NCBI GenBank assembly: GCA_963662795.1
Contig: OY759746.1
Span: 1,344,001-1,408,000 of the forward strand
From: Spirochaetia bacterium
GTDB lineage: Bacteria > Spirochaetota > Spirochaetia > CADAEX01
Reading direction: 5' to 3'
Length of the DNA stretch: 64,000 nt
The notes under the pieces are model-generated. The model did no database searches, was not told the origin of the DNA, and worked only from the letters and a program-made list of their open reading frames with translations. Position numbers and translations under genes: made by a program. Positions 19,221 through 29,626 of the stretch are shown one piece after another. The stretch's first letter is position 1. Every line of letters begins with the position of its first letter.

Positions 19221-19338
19221 ATTTACTTTGCCTGTATTATCTTTCATGTTAAATACAGCTATTATATAGACTATTGTAATAAGCATTTTATTGACAGCCG
19301 GAGTGCTGCGTGTTAAATAACCAGAAGAGGGGAATAAT

Positions 19339-19941
19339 ATGAAACAGAATACACTTATTCTTGACAGCGAAGAGAGTGAGGAAAAAGATAAAAAAGAGCC
19401 GGATATCTCTGAAAAAATACTTAAAACACGGACAATTCTTCTTTCGGGAGAGGTAAACAAGAAACTCGCGGAAAAAGTAATAAGCCAGATGCTGCTTCTC
19501 GAAGCGGAAAACGATGAGCCGATAAAGATATTTATAGATTCTCCCGGGGGAGATGTTGATGCCGGATACGCGATATTTGACATGATAAGATTTATAAAGC
19601 CTCCGGTTTATATAATTGGAATGGGGCTTGTCGCAAGCGCGGGAGCGCTTATTCTGCTTGCGGCACCGAACGAGAGAAGGCTTGCCCTTCCCAATTCCCA
19701 CTATCTTATCCACCAGCCGTTGAGCGGAATAAGGGGGGTAGCGACAGAAATTGAAATACACGCCAAAGAGATTGAAAAAACCAGAAAAAAAATTAACAAA
19801 CTGATAGCTGACGAGACAGGAAAAGATATAAAACAGGTTGAAAAGGATACGGACAGGGACTTCTGGATGAACGCAGAAGAAGCAAAAACTTACGGCCTTG
19901 TTTCAAGGTTAATCAAAAACCGGGGAGAATTTGAAATATGA
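19339..19941 (+). CDS. clpP: ATP-dependent Clp protease proteolytic subunit
   Basis: IDSPGG, GLVASAG (catalytic Ser), IHQPL, DRDFWM. Confidence 0.96.
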   Translation: MKQNTLILDSEESEEKDKKEPDISEKILKTRTILLSGEVNKKLAEKVISQMLLLEAENDEPIKIFIDSPGGDVDAGYAIFDMIRFIKPPVYIIGMGLVASAGALILLAAPNERRLALPNSHYLIHQPLSGIRGVATEIEIHAKEIEKTRKKINKLIADETGKDIKQVEKDTDRDFWMNAEEAKTYGLVSRLIKNRGEFEI

Positions 19942-20897
19942 CTGATGAAATTATAATCAGAAATTTTAAAAAGACTTTCAAGGGAATTGAAGAATCAGAT
20001 ATCCGCGCAGGCAGAGCTTCAGCCGGGCTGTACAAGGGCAAGGTGCGGGATGTTATTGATCTTGGAAAGGAATTATTGATTATAACTTCAGACAGGATTT
20101 CCGCTTTTGATGTAATACTTTCCACAATCCCTTTCAAGGGCGAGGTTCTTAATAAAACCTCGCTTTTCTGGTTTAACAAAACATCGGATATAATAAAAAA
20201 TCACATACTTGAAATAATATCGCCCCGTTCCGTAAGAGTAAAGAAATGCGAAATACTGCCTGTTGAGGTTATTGTACGGGGATACCTTACAGGTTCAGCA
20301 TGGAGAGATTATTCAAAGGGAAAGGATATATCAGGGATAGAGCTTCCGAAGGGGATGAAATTCAACCAGCGGTTTGATAAACCCCTTTTGACACCGTCTA
20401 CAAAGGCAGAGGCGGGGGAACACGATATGCCGATATCGTGCGCAGATATTGTTGCCAAAGGGCTCGTTGATAAAAGGATCTGGGATGAAATTGAAAAAAA
20501 AGCCATCTCCCTTTTCAGCCGGGGAACAGAGCTGGCCGCGAAAAACGGCCTGTTACTTGTTGATACAAAATATGAATTCGGCCTGCTCGACGGTAAGCTG
20601 ATGCTGGCAGATGAGATTCATACTCCTGATTCAAGCAGATTCTGGTATTCAGATACTTATGAAAAACTGTACAGCGAAAACATGGAGCAGCGTCAGCTTG
20701 ACAAGGAATATTTCAGAAAATGGCTTATTGACAGGGGATACATGGGAAACGGTGAAATACCTGAAATAACAGATGAAGTACGGGTTGGAACAGCAAAAAG
20801 ATATATTGATTCATACGAAAATATAACAGGTGAGATTTTTACCCCTGAGGCCGGGGATTCTGAAGCAGAGAAGAAAAAAATACTGTTACATCTATAG
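19938..20897 (+). CDS. purC: SAICAR synthetase (long type)
   Basis: GKVRD, SDRISAFD, TPSTKA, DTKYEFG, DEIHTPDSSRFW; ATGA overlap with clpP. Confidence 0.96.
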   Translation: MTDEIIIRNFKKTFKGIEESDIRAGRASAGLYKGKVRDVIDLGKELLIITSDRISAFDVILSTIPFKGEVLNKTSLFWFNKTSDIIKNHILEIISPRSVRVKKCEILPVEVIVRGYLTGSAWRDYSKGKDISGIELPKGMKFNQRFDKPLLTPSTKAEAGEHDMPISCADIVAKGLVDKRIWDEIEKKAISLFSRGTELAAKNGLLLVDTKYEFGLLDGKLMLADEIHTPDSSRFWYSDTYEKLYSENMEQRQLDKEYFRKWLIDRGYMGNGEIPEITDEVRVGTAKRYIDSYENITGEIFTPEAGDSEAEKKKILLHL

Positions 20898-20961
20898 CAG
20901 GCAGTAAAAGAAAAGTTTTCCGCCCTGACAAATAAAAGGATTTGCTGCTTCGGGAGGAAAT

Positions 20962-22035
20962 ATTTTTAAGAAATTTTTTCTTTTTTCTTTTTTATCCGTT
21001 TCCTCTGTTTTCCTGACCTCTTTTTCCAGATGTTCTGTTCTTCCGAAGGAAAACGAACCCGCATCAATAGTAATCATGTCGTACAATGCCTGCAACCTGT
21101 TTGATGATATAGATAACGGAACAGAATATCCTGAATATGACCCATCATCAGGGGGCCTTTGGAACAGCGCTCTTTATCATGAGAGGCTTAAAAGGATAGG
21201 TGAGGTCATTGCGCTGGCACATCCTCCTGCCGGCCCGGATATTATATGTTTTCAGGAAATAGAAAACAGGAAAGTCATTACAAATCTTGCGTCTACTTAT
21301 CTTAAGAATTATTCATATGATTACATAATATCTCCTGACAGTGAAGGCAGCGCCATTACGACAGGAATCATAAGCCGGTATCCTCTTGAAAACATAAAGC
21401 AGCATTCACTCTTTACGGAAGGCTTTGAAAATTTGCGACCCATAACAGAAGTGCAGGTTTCAGTATCAGGAAAAAATCTGTTTATTTTCAACTGCCACCT
21501 GAAATCAAAACTGGGTGGAGATGAGTTTACAGAGGCAGCAAGACTTGGGGCTGCCGGAGCTCTCCGCAGAAGATGCGGTGAAATACGGCTTGAAAATCCT
21601 GATGCCGAAATTATTATCGCCGGGGATTTGAATGAGAACATTGACGAATATCAGAAGCAGACGGGAAAATATACAACCGCACTGATGCCGCTTCCTGATA
21701 AAGGAGAACCCGGAGAACAGCCTGAAAGCTCTTTATTTGTAACAGGCAATATTGAAAACCTGCAGTCTGCGGAAATCAGGGCTGTTTTCTATTCACCCTG
21801 GCTTGAAGGAGAGGAAGAAGGCAGTTATTTTTACAGGAACAGCTGGGAGACAATTGATCATTTTCTCCTTTCTCCTTCATTTTTCAACAAAAAAGGATTT
21901 GAATACTCCAGCTTCAGGGTTTTAAAAAAAGAAGAGCTTACCGGGAGCAGAGGAGAACCTGTTAAATGGAACAGCAGGACAGAAAGCGGCTATTCAGACC
22001 ATCTGCCGATTCTGCTTTTTCTGGCGCATGGCTGA
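20962..22035 (+). CDS. Endonuclease/exonuclease/phosphatase family protein, probably exported; first ATG at 21076, start uncertain
   Basis: SYNACNLFD, FQEIEN, HLKSK, AGDLNE, YSDHLP; open frame upstream encodes a signal-like segment. Confidence 0.85.
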   Translation: MFKKFFLFSFLSVSSVFLTSFSRCSVLPKENEPASIVIMSYNACNLFDDIDNGTEYPEYDPSSGGLWNSALYHERLKRIGEVIALAHPPAGPDIICFQEIENRKVITNLASTYLKNYSYDYIISPDSEGSAITTGIISRYPLENIKQHSLFTEGFENLRPITEVQVSVSGKNLFIFNCHLKSKLGGDEFTEAARLGAAGALRRRCGEIRLENPDAEIIIAGDLNENIDEYQKQTGKYTTALMPLPDKGEPGEQPESSLFVTGNIENLQSAEIRAVFYSPWLEGEEEGSYFYRNSWETIDHFLLSPSFFNKKGFEYSSFRVLKKEELTGSRGEPVKWNSRTESGYSDHLPILLFLAHG

Positions 22036-22038
22036 AGA

Positions 22039-22719
22039 TTACTCTCCAAGGATAAAATCCCCGAAATCCTTTACAGACCTGAAATATTTTATGCAGTTTT
22101 CTGTCATATATTCCCTTATCTCGGGAATATCATAGCTCCAGCCCGCAGCAGCTGTTTCAACTCCCGTATTGTGACCCATCAGCACTCCGGGTTTCAGGTC
22201 ATCGAGTATCAAGGATTCCTCCGCGCGGAGACCAAGGACATCAAGTGCCGTAACAACAGGCCAGGGAAACGGCTTTCTTTTTGTCTCTTCATAGCTCCAG
22301 CCGAAAATCATGTCGGGGAAAAACCGGGTGCTGCCTGAAAAACCTTTTAACGTGTAATCCCTCTCAATAAGGTCTTTTTCCGAATGCGAGACAACAACAA
22401 CTTTGCCCCCAAGTTCCCTGTAGCGGATAAGTATCTCAATAAACCCCGGAAAAAAATCAGGGACAATCCCGGATGTATATTTTCTCCAGATATCATATTC
22501 AACAGCAATTTCATCCCTGTCCATACCAAGATCGCCGGTCATGTAGGCCATGATTCCAGGGTCAAAATTTATTCTGAACCAGTCATCGAGAGAAAGAGGC
22601 TCAAGGTGCGGACGCATTATTTTTATAACTTCAAGATGGGCCTTATAATGGATAATGGGGGTACTGTCGACAGATGTATCATCATGATCAAGAAACAGGC
22701 ATTTATATCTGAGATCCAT
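22039..22719 (-). CDS. HAD-superfamily hydrolase
   Basis: FLDHDDTSVDS motif I, VVSHS, KPFP, DDLKPG. Confidence 0.85.
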   Translation of the reverse strand: MDLRYKCLFLDHDDTSVDSTPIIHYKAHLEVIKIMRPHLEPLSLDDWFRINFDPGIMAYMTGDLGMDRDEIAVEYDIWRKYTSGIVPDFFPGFIEILIRYRELGGKVVVVSHSEKDLIERDYTLKGFSGSTRFFPDMIFGWSYEETKRKPFPWPVVTALDVLGLRAEESLILDDLKPGVLMGHNTGVETAAAGWSYDIPEIREYMTENCIKYFRSVKDFGDFILGE

Positions 22720-22725
22720 TTAAAA

Positions 22726-22754
22726 AATATAATACAAACACCGGCCCGTATCAA
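22726..22754 (-). promoter_or_regulatory. Promoter abutting the HAD gene start (leaderless type)
   Basis: TTGATA-17-TATATT-6 nt-ATG, no SD. Confidence 0.65.
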
Positions 22755-22822
22755 TAAAAAGAATTCCCCGGTGAGTTTCCTAAAGAAAATTCAGCTATTT
22801 TGTATAAACATTTAAAAAAACA

Positions 22823-22851
22823 TTGAAAGCAATATATCTATTCAGTATAAT
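22823..22851 (+). promoter_or_regulatory. Promoter for MCP gene
   Basis: TTGAAA-17-TATAAT. Confidence 0.7.
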
Positions 22852-22889
22852 TGAGCTGTTAAAAAAACCCAGGACAGGAAGGATTACTC

Positions 22890-25019
22890 GTGAACATAAA
22901 AAGAAAACTAATACTTTCATTTTTGATAACAACTATTGCCCCTCTGTTACTCATCAGCATTTTTTTCTCTGTAAAAAGTGTTGATACAGCCTACAGGACA
23001 ACCAGCCAGACGATGGAAAGCGTCCTGAAGATTGCGGAAGACAAGATAAATACCTTTTTCAGGGCAGCAAAAGAAAACACAAATATGCTCTCTGAAAACA
23101 GCCTTGTAAAATCTGCGGATGATTCAATTACGACATACAAGGACAACAAGGAAAAAACACCAATGACCCCCCTTGAGAACGGAGGCCTTGAGGCAGATAT
23201 TTTCAAATACTTTAAAGAAGTAATTGATACCCACCCTGATTACGCCTACGCTTCTTTGGGTCTTGATTACGGCGGATTTGTCATGTATCCGGTTTCAGAC
23301 AGGAAACCGGGATATAATCCCCCTGAAAGGGGATGGTATAAAACCGCGCTTGAAGATACTGAAAAAGCGCTTGTTGCGGATGTATTCAGGACATCGGACG
23401 GAAAATCGGTAGTTATAAGCTCTGTCAGGGCTGTAAAGGATTTTAATAACAGGGTAATTGGTGTAGCTTCTTTTGATATAACGCTTGACAGCATCACCGA
23501 CACTGTAAAAAGCATTAAAATAGGTAAATCAGGTTATGTAATTGTTGTCGATGATAACGGCAAAATATTATCAGACCCGATTCATGAGGATCTTAATTTC
23601 AAGGCCCTAAGCGAATGTGAAAACGGATATCAGGAACTCGTTGGTAAAGAACCCGGCATTTACAAACTGGATATCGATAAAACCGGCTATCTTGTTCTTG
23701 TTACAAAGAATACTACTGAAAATACTGCAAACCTTATCGGATTTATACCGGAAGTTGAGGTATGGGCAGAAACAAGAGCACTTCTTTTTTATACTATTAT
23801 TATTGGACTTATTCTCCTTGTAATCTTCGGAGCTCTGGGTCTTTTTACAGCCAATTCAATTATCTTACCTGTAAACAGGTTAAATCAGGTATTAAGAGAA
23901 ATTGCAGAAGGGAACGGAGATCTGACAAAAAAACTTGATATCAGGACAAAGGATGAAATTGGAGAGGTTTCAAGAAGCTTTAATCTTTTTTCAGAAAACA
24001 TGAGAAATATAATTTCAAAGATAAAATCTTCTACTATCAAACTTTCAGAAACCGGTGAGACTCTAAAAACAAGCATGAATCACTCTGCTTCTGCTGTTAC
24101 GGAAATTGCTGCCAATATAGAAAGCTCAAACAGGTTATTTGACAAGCAAAACAGCAGTGTTTCCGACACTGCCGCCGCTGTTGAGCAGATATCACGGGCC
24201 ATGAACTCCCTGAATGAGCTGATAGTTGATCAGTCCTCAAGCGTTACCGAATCTTCAGCCTCAATTGAGGAGATGGTTGCCAATATAAATAATGTAAACA
24301 AGATTTTTTCATCTCTTGGCGAGCATTATAAAAACCTTGTCGCGACATCAGATGACGGAAAGAAAAAGCTGGGTATTGTAAACAGCCAGATAAATGAAGT
24401 TTCAATCCAGTCAGGAGACCTGATGGAAACAAACCGCGTTATAAGCGGTATTGCATCCCAGACAAATCTTCTTTCAATGAATGCCGCAATCGAGGCGGCA
24501 CACGCGGGTGAAGCAGGAAGAGGATTCGCTGTTGTTGCTTCCGAGATAAGAAAACTTGCAGAAATATCCGCAGCTCAGTCAAAAGAGGTCGGACAGAAAT
24601 TAAGCTCAATAAAAGCTTTTATTGACTCTATTGTATCCTCTTCAGACGAGGCTGAAAAAACCTTTGATATAATCATGGATGTTGTAACAACAATTGACAA
24701 TCTCAGGGCTGAAGTAGAAAATTCCATGGCTGAGCAGATAGAAGGAAGCAGGCAGATACTTGAGGCAATTTCAAACATAAACAGCATAACACAATCGGTC
24801 AGCAGCGGTTCGAAAGAGATGAGCGAAGGAATAAACATGATCAATAATGAAATTGCAAAACTCAAAATGATTAATTCAGAAGTATTCAGCAGTATTTCGG
24901 AGATTTCTGCAGGGACGAAGGAAATAAATACGTCCATGCAGTCTGTCAAGGAAACATCGGAAATTACATCAGATGCGATAGAAGCTGTGAGAACAGAAAT
25001 ATCAGGGTTCAAACTGTAA
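22890..25019 (+). CDS. Methyl-accepting chemotaxis protein with dCache domain
   Basis: TM-Cache(ERGWYK)-TM-HAMP; [34 protein letters not shown]. Confidence 0.96.
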   Translation: MNIKRKLILSFLITTIAPLLLISIFFSVKSVDTAYRTTSQTMESVLKIAEDKINTFFRAAKENTNMLSENSLVKSADDSITTYKDNKEKTPMTPLENGGLEADIFKYFKEVIDTHPDYAYASLGLDYGGFVMYPVSDRKPGYNPPERGWYKTALEDTEKALVADVFRTSDGKSVVISSVRAVKDFNNRVIGVASFDITLDSITDTVKSIKIGKSGYVIVVDDNGKILSDPIHEDLNFKALSECENGYQELVGKEPGIYKLDIDKTGYLVLVTKNTTENTANLIGFIPEVEVWAETRALLFYTIIIGLILLVIFGALGLFTANSIILPVNRLNQVLREIAEGNGDLTKKLDIRTKDEIGEVSRSFNLFSENMRNIISKIKSSTIKLSETGETLKTSMNHSASAVTEIAANIESSNRLFDKQNSSVSDTAAAVEQISRAMNSLNELIVDQSSSVTESSASIEEMVANINNVNKIFSSLGEHYKNLVATSDDGKKKLGIVNSQINEVSIQSGDLMETNRVISGIASQTNLLSMNAAIEAAHAGEAGRGFAVVASEIRKLAEISAAQSKEVGQKLSSIKAFIDSIVSSSDEAEKTFDIIMDVVTTIDNLRAEVENSMAEQIEGSRQILEAISNINSITQSVSSGSKEMSEGINMINNEIAKLKMINSEVFSSISEISAGTKEINTSMQSVKETSEITSDAIEAVRTEISGFKL

Positions 25020-25057
25020 TTATAAACTGCGGCAGGCATACCCAGTATTTTCATGAC

Positions 25058-25086
25058 AAAAAACCCGGTTTACCACCGGGTTTTTT
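25058..25086. terminator. Bidirectional terminator between convergent MCP and yitJ
   Basis: AAAAAACCCGGT-ttacc-ACCGGGTTTTTT. Confidence 0.85.
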
Positions 25087-25118
25087 ATTTTAAAAGATGA
25101 AGAGCGGTATTCAATACA

Positions 25119-26960
25119 TTAAATAAAATCATCCCTGATTACATCAACAGCTGTCTGGATTACTCCGAAAGGGGGGCTTACCTGAACACCGCATACGGCG
25201 CTTCTTACAGACTCAAGTATTTCCCTGGCAATAAGAATTCCTTCTCTCACCGCCGCCTCTTTTGTCCGGGTTTTTTCCATTCTTTTCATAATATGCTCCG
25301 GGATTGAAACACCCGGTACTTCGTTATTCAGAAAAAGTGCATTACGGTATGAGGCAAGCGGCCATACCCCTGCAATCAAGGGTATGTTTGTTCCCCTGAT
25401 CCTTTCTAAAAAATCAAGAAGAATTTCGGAATCAAAAACAGGCTGTGAAATAAAAAAATCAGCACCGGCTTCAGCTTTAAGAAAGCATCTTTCAATTTCC
25501 CTTTCAAGCCCTGTTGAGGCAGGATTTGCTCCTGCCCCGATAACAAAACTTGTCTGCCCTGAAAGTTCTCTTCCTCCAAGATCAATCCCCCTGTTCAGTC
25601 TTTTTGCTAGTGTAATGAGCCCGATTGAATCGACATCAAAAACACCTGTTACATCGGGGTAGTTTCCTACCTTTGGAGGGTCTCCGGTGATAATGAGAAG
25701 ATTTCGAAGCCCTGCGGCATGGGAGCCGAGAAGTTCCGCCTGAATTCCTATAAGGTTTTTATCCCTGCAGCAGATATGGGGAATTGTCTCTATTCCCGCT
25801 TTTCTTTCAATCTCAATCGCAGTTATAGCTACTGAAATCCTTGAGGAAGCCCTCGGTCCGTCGGGAAGGTTAATTCCGAGTATCCCTTTTTTCCTAAGCT
25901 CAGATGATCTTTCAATTATTCTTGCGAGATCTGTTCCGATCGGCGGAATAAGCTCAACAGTTGTTATCCAGCTCCCTTCTGCAAGAGCCCGGCCGAGAGC
26001 AGACTTTTCAGCGAGCGGAATTTCCTTCTTCTCCTGAACAGGTGTCTCCTGAAAACTGCTCCCCTTGCCGGCCGCGGCTTTTCCCAGAGAAAGAACCATC
26101 TGTCCGGCTTTTTTGATATGCTCGGGTGTTGTTCCGCAGCATCCCCCTATGGCGGCTGCGCCTGCTTCAAAAAATTTAAGCGCATAATTTCCGAAGTAGG
26201 ATGGGGAGGCAAGATACATGTTCCGGTTGTCAATCTCCCTGGGCAGGCCGGCATTAGGCATAACTGAAACAGGTTTTTTTACATGCGGTTTTACTGCCAT
26301 AAGTATTTCAAGAAGATGATCCGGACCTACCGCGCAGTTTATGCCAATCACATCCACTGCCTCTTCCCTGTCAAGCCGCCTTGCAAGGGAGGGAGCTTCT
26401 TTTCTGTACTCCTCTTCATTAAGGGGTCCTATTGTAAACTGCGCCTGCACAGGCATTGAAGGATCAATGCGCCCTGCAACCCTTACAGCAAGAAGCAGCT
26501 CCTCTATGTCCCTGAATGTTTCAAAGAGAAGAAGGTCTACCTTTTCCTCTATCAACGCGGAAATCTGGACTTCAAAAGCATTTTCCGCTTCTTTTTTTTC
26601 AATCTTTCCGAACGGGACAAGCCTCTGGCCTAAAGGGCCGACAGAACCCGCGACATAGACCTCATCCCCTGCAGCTTCCCTTGCTATCCTTACCGCCGCC
26701 CGGTTGATTTCTTCAGTTTTTTCTTCAAGCTGGTATGATTTTAGTTTGACAGGATTTGCCCCGAAGCTGTTGGTTTCAATTACCTGGGCTCCTGCCTCTA
26801 TATAACGCATGTGTATGCTTTTTACCATATCAGGAGAGGAGAGGCATACCTCCTCGAAACAGCTGCTTAATGGTATACCGTCCTCATAGAGCATGGTTCC
26901 CATGGCGCCGTCAAAGAGAATTATTCCGTCCTTTATCCTGTCAAGATATTTTTTCCTCAC
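25119..26960 (-). CDS. yitJ: Bifunctional homocysteine S-methyltransferase/methylenetetrahydrofolate reductase
   Basis: DGAMGT, GINC, PNAGLP, GGCCGTTPEHI; MTHFR half with ITGDPP, GADFFISQPVFD. Confidence 0.92.
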   Translation of the reverse strand: MRKKYLDRIKDGIILFDGAMGTMLYEDGIPLSSCFEEVCLSSPDMVKSIHMRYIEAGAQVIETNSFGANPVKLKSYQLEEKTEEINRAAVRIAREAAGDEVYVAGSVGPLGQRLVPFGKIEKKEAENAFEVQISALIEEKVDLLLFETFRDIEELLLAVRVAGRIDPSMPVQAQFTIGPLNEEEYRKEAPSLARRLDREEAVDVIGINCAVGPDHLLEILMAVKPHVKKPVSVMPNAGLPREIDNRNMYLASPSYFGNYALKFFEAGAAAIGGCCGTTPEHIKKAGQMVLSLGKAAAGKGSSFQETPVQEKKEIPLAEKSALGRALAEGSWITTVELIPPIGTDLARIIERSSELRKKGILGINLPDGPRASSRISVAITAIEIERKAGIETIPHICCRDKNLIGIQAELLGSHAAGLRNLLIITGDPPKVGNYPDVTGVFDVDSIGLITLAKRLNRGIDLGGRELSGQTSFVIGAGANPASTGLEREIERCFLKAEAGADFFISQPVFDSEILLDFLERIRGTNIPLIAGVWPLASYRNALFLNNEVPGVSIPEHIMKRMEKTRTKEAAVREGILIAREILESVRSAVCGVQVSPPFGVIQTAVDVIRDDFI

Positions 26961-27049
26961 TAAAAACTCCTGGTGTATTTTATATGAAACTGAGATTGAA
27001 TAAGGAGACCCGCTGAAACATGATACCCCTCAGGTTATTCTTTTAATTA

Positions 27050-27799
27050 TTAAAAATCAATATTTTCAATATTCTGGTATTTATCCATTACAGAGGGAAG
27101 ATCAAATTTGCCTTCATACAGAGCTTTCCCTGTTATAATACCGGCAATCTTTCCTCTGCATCCGGGATTTTCTGTAATTGCCTTAAAATCCCCATCACTG
27201 CTGATACCTCCTGATATTATTACAGGCAGATTTGATTCTTCCGCGATTCTGCAGCTTCTTTCCGTGTCAGGCCCGGTGAGCGTCCCGTCGCGCGAAATAT
27301 TTGTATATATTATGCTGCAGAATCCGCCCTTTGATGCTTTTACAGCGAGTTCTGTATCCTTTATGCCGGAACCTTCCTCCCAGCCCGATATTTTAACCTC
27401 TCCGTCAAGGGCATCAATTCCCGCGATAAAAACCTTTCCGTATTTTCCGATCCATTTCAGGCATTTATCACTCTCGCGGGCAAAAACAGTTCCAAGTATC
27501 AGCCGGTCGATTCCGGCATCCAGAAGCTGCCTTATATCCTCTTCTCCCCTAATGCCGCCCCCAAGTTCCAGAACAGCGTTTACATTTTCCCTTATCCCGG
27601 CAATCATCTTTCTGTTGTTTTTCCCATCTCCCCGTGCGGCATCGAGGTCGACAATATGTATCCTCTTCGCGCCGGCATGTTCAAACTCTTTCGCGACTGA
27701 TACAGCATCAGTTCCATATACCGTAACCCTGCTGTAGTCGCCTTTATAGAGTCTTACGCATTTTCCGTCAAGTATATCTATCGCGGGTATTATAAGCAC
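27050..27799 (-). CDS. hisA: ProFAR isomerase
   Basis: IIPAIDILDGKCVRL, HIVDLD, GGGIR, TNISRDGTLTG. Confidence 0.95.
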   Translation of the reverse strand: MLIIPAIDILDGKCVRLYKGDYSRVTVYGTDAVSVAKEFEHAGAKRIHIVDLDAARGDGKNNRKMIAGIRENVNAVLELGGGIRGEEDIRQLLDAGIDRLILGTVFARESDKCLKWIGKYGKVFIAGIDALDGEVKISGWEEGSGIKDTELAVKASKGGFCSIIYTNISRDGTLTGPDTERSCRIAEESNLPVIISGGISSDGDFKAITENPGCRGKIAGIITGKALYEGKFDLPSVMDKYQNIENIDF

Positions 27800-27803
27800 T
27801 TCT

Positions 27804-29492
27804 CTATTCCGAAACCTTGTACCGTTTTATCTTTTTTGTCGTTGTCATTTCAAGGGGCTCTTCAAGCACTTTAATGCTTGTTATCCACATATACTGCTGA
27901 AGAGTTTTGTTTACCTCGCTTACAATTTCCCGTATCCTCTCTTCCAGCTCCGCCTGAACATATTTACCCCTCATTTCTTCTGAAGGATAGATTAGCGCCT
28001 CAATCTCCTCAGACATGTTCTTTTTATCCTTTATATATCCGCGGACCAGGACCTGTTCTATTTCATCATACAGCTGGAATTTATCCTCGATTTCCTCCGG
28101 AAATACATTTTTACCGCCTTCTGTAACGATAAGTGATTTTTTACGTCCTGTAAGATAAAGGTAGTTTTCAGAATCAAGATATCCTACATCGCCGGTAAGA
28201 AAATAATTATCCTCAGTCATCACTTCCCTGGTTGCCTTTTCATTTTTATAATAGCCTTTCATCACGATAGGTCCTTTTATCGCGATTTCGCCCCTGCCCT
28301 CCCTGTCCGGATCAATGATTCTGACATCCACATCAGGAATAATCTTTCCTACAGATTTAATTTTGAAATTCTCGACAGGATTCAGTGCTGCAATAGGAGA
28401 TGTTTCTGTCAAGCCGTATCCCTGGACAAAATCAATTCCAAGCTCATTATAGATATTGAATGTTGACGGAGAAAGCGGGCCTCCTCCGCTGATGCAGATT
28501 CTTATTGTTGAAAGGGAAGCTTTTTCCAGCACTGTTTTAAAAAGCTTTTTTCCGATATTTATTTTAAATACTTTTTTAACAAACCCGCTGATAAACAGCA
28601 GTACCTTAATGATTGAATATACAATAATCCCTTTTTCCCTGACTCCTTTCAGTATTCCTTTAAGTATCCTGTTAAAGAGCATTGGGACGCCGAGAAACAT
28701 CGTGACTTTTCCTTTCTTTAAATCCGAGAGAATCTCTTTTACAACCAGTCTAGCGGCAAAAACTACTTCAGCCCCTGTTGCGATTGTTTCAATAAAGACA
28801 GCAAGCATTGAATAGGAATGATGGAGGGGAAGCAGGGCGTAGAAAACATCAGTGTGAAAAATATTGAGATTCATCTGCGCGAGAATAGCATCCTTTACAA
28901 AGTTGGAATGGGTAAGCATAACCCCTTTGGGCGTTCCCGTTGTTCCGGATGTAAAGAGAATGGCAGCCAGATCTTCCGGATCAGTAAAAACAGGCTTATC
29001 AAGCTCCTTTCCTTTAATATCAAGGATATAATCAGGTTTTATCTTTGAAAGGGAATATTTTTTAAACTTTCTGCCGGGCAGACTGCCGATTGAATCATAT
29101 TTTTCTTCATCAACAAAAATTATTTCCGCGTCTGTAAAATCAATCAGGTGGTCAGTCTCCGTATCTGTCAGCATATAGTCGATCGGGACAACAACACCGC
29201 CTGCAGCAAGAACCGCAAGGTACGCTATTGTCCACTCCGGAGAATTTTTTCCGGTAAGAATAACCGCCTGCCCTTTTTTAACATTATCAGAGATAAGTTT
29301 TTCAGCAATTATAAATATCTTTTCCCGCGCCTCACTGTAGGTAAATATTTTTTCTTCAGGAGAATAAGCTGTAAAACACCTGCGCTGTGGAAACCGTGCA
29401 GATGAAACAAGAAACAATTCAGGCAGAGTCGGAACATCTCCGTTAAAAATCTTTCCCCTGAATTCTTCAAGAAATTTGAATGTACTGTACAT
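27804..29492 (-). CDS. Long-chain fatty acid-CoA ligase (AMP-binding)
   Basis: FTSGTTGTPKGVML, QGYGLTETSP, TGD, GRKKSLIV. Confidence 0.9.
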   Translation of the reverse strand: MYSTFKFLEEFRGKIFNGDVPTLPELFLVSSARFPQRRCFTAYSPEEKIFTYSEAREKIFIIAEKLISDNVKKGQAVILTGKNSPEWTIAYLAVLAAGGVVVPIDYMLTDTETDHLIDFTDAEIIFVDEEKYDSIGSLPGRKFKKYSLSKIKPDYILDIKGKELDKPVFTDPEDLAAILFTSGTTGTPKGVMLTHSNFVKDAILAQMNLNIFHTDVFYALLPLHHSYSMLAVFIETIATGAEVVFAARLVVKEILSDLKKGKVTMFLGVPMLFNRILKGILKGVREKGIIVYSIIKVLLFISGFVKKVFKINIGKKLFKTVLEKASLSTIRICISGGGPLSPSTFNIYNELGIDFVQGYGLTETSPIAALNPVENFKIKSVGKIIPDVDVRIIDPDREGRGEIAIKGPIVMKGYYKNEKATREVMTEDNYFLTGDVGYLDSENYLYLTGRKKSLIVTEGGKNVFPEEIEDKFQLYDEIEQVLVRGYIKDKKNMSEEIEALIYPSEEMRGKYVQAELEERIREIVSEVNKTLQQYMWITSIKVLEEPLEMTTTKKIKRYKVSE

Positions 29493-29591
29493 AATGGCTC
29501 CCTCCCTTATAACATAATTACTATACTATAAAAAAGAATGGATGTAAAACCAGATAAAATTGAAATATTATTGAAGATTAACTGCCCGTTA

Positions 29592-29620
29592 TTGCTGCCG
29601 CACCGGTAAACCGGTATAAT
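29592..29620 (+). promoter_or_regulatory. Promoter abutting the hydrolase start (leaderless type)
   Basis: TTGCTG-17-TATAAT-6 nt-ATG, no SD. Confidence 0.65.
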
Positions 29621-29626
29621 TTTCTG

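Noticed and set aside
27108-27737. 209-aa plus-strand ORF
   Set aside because: Antisense shadow of hisA with no motifs; the same applies to most short overlapping ORFs in the track
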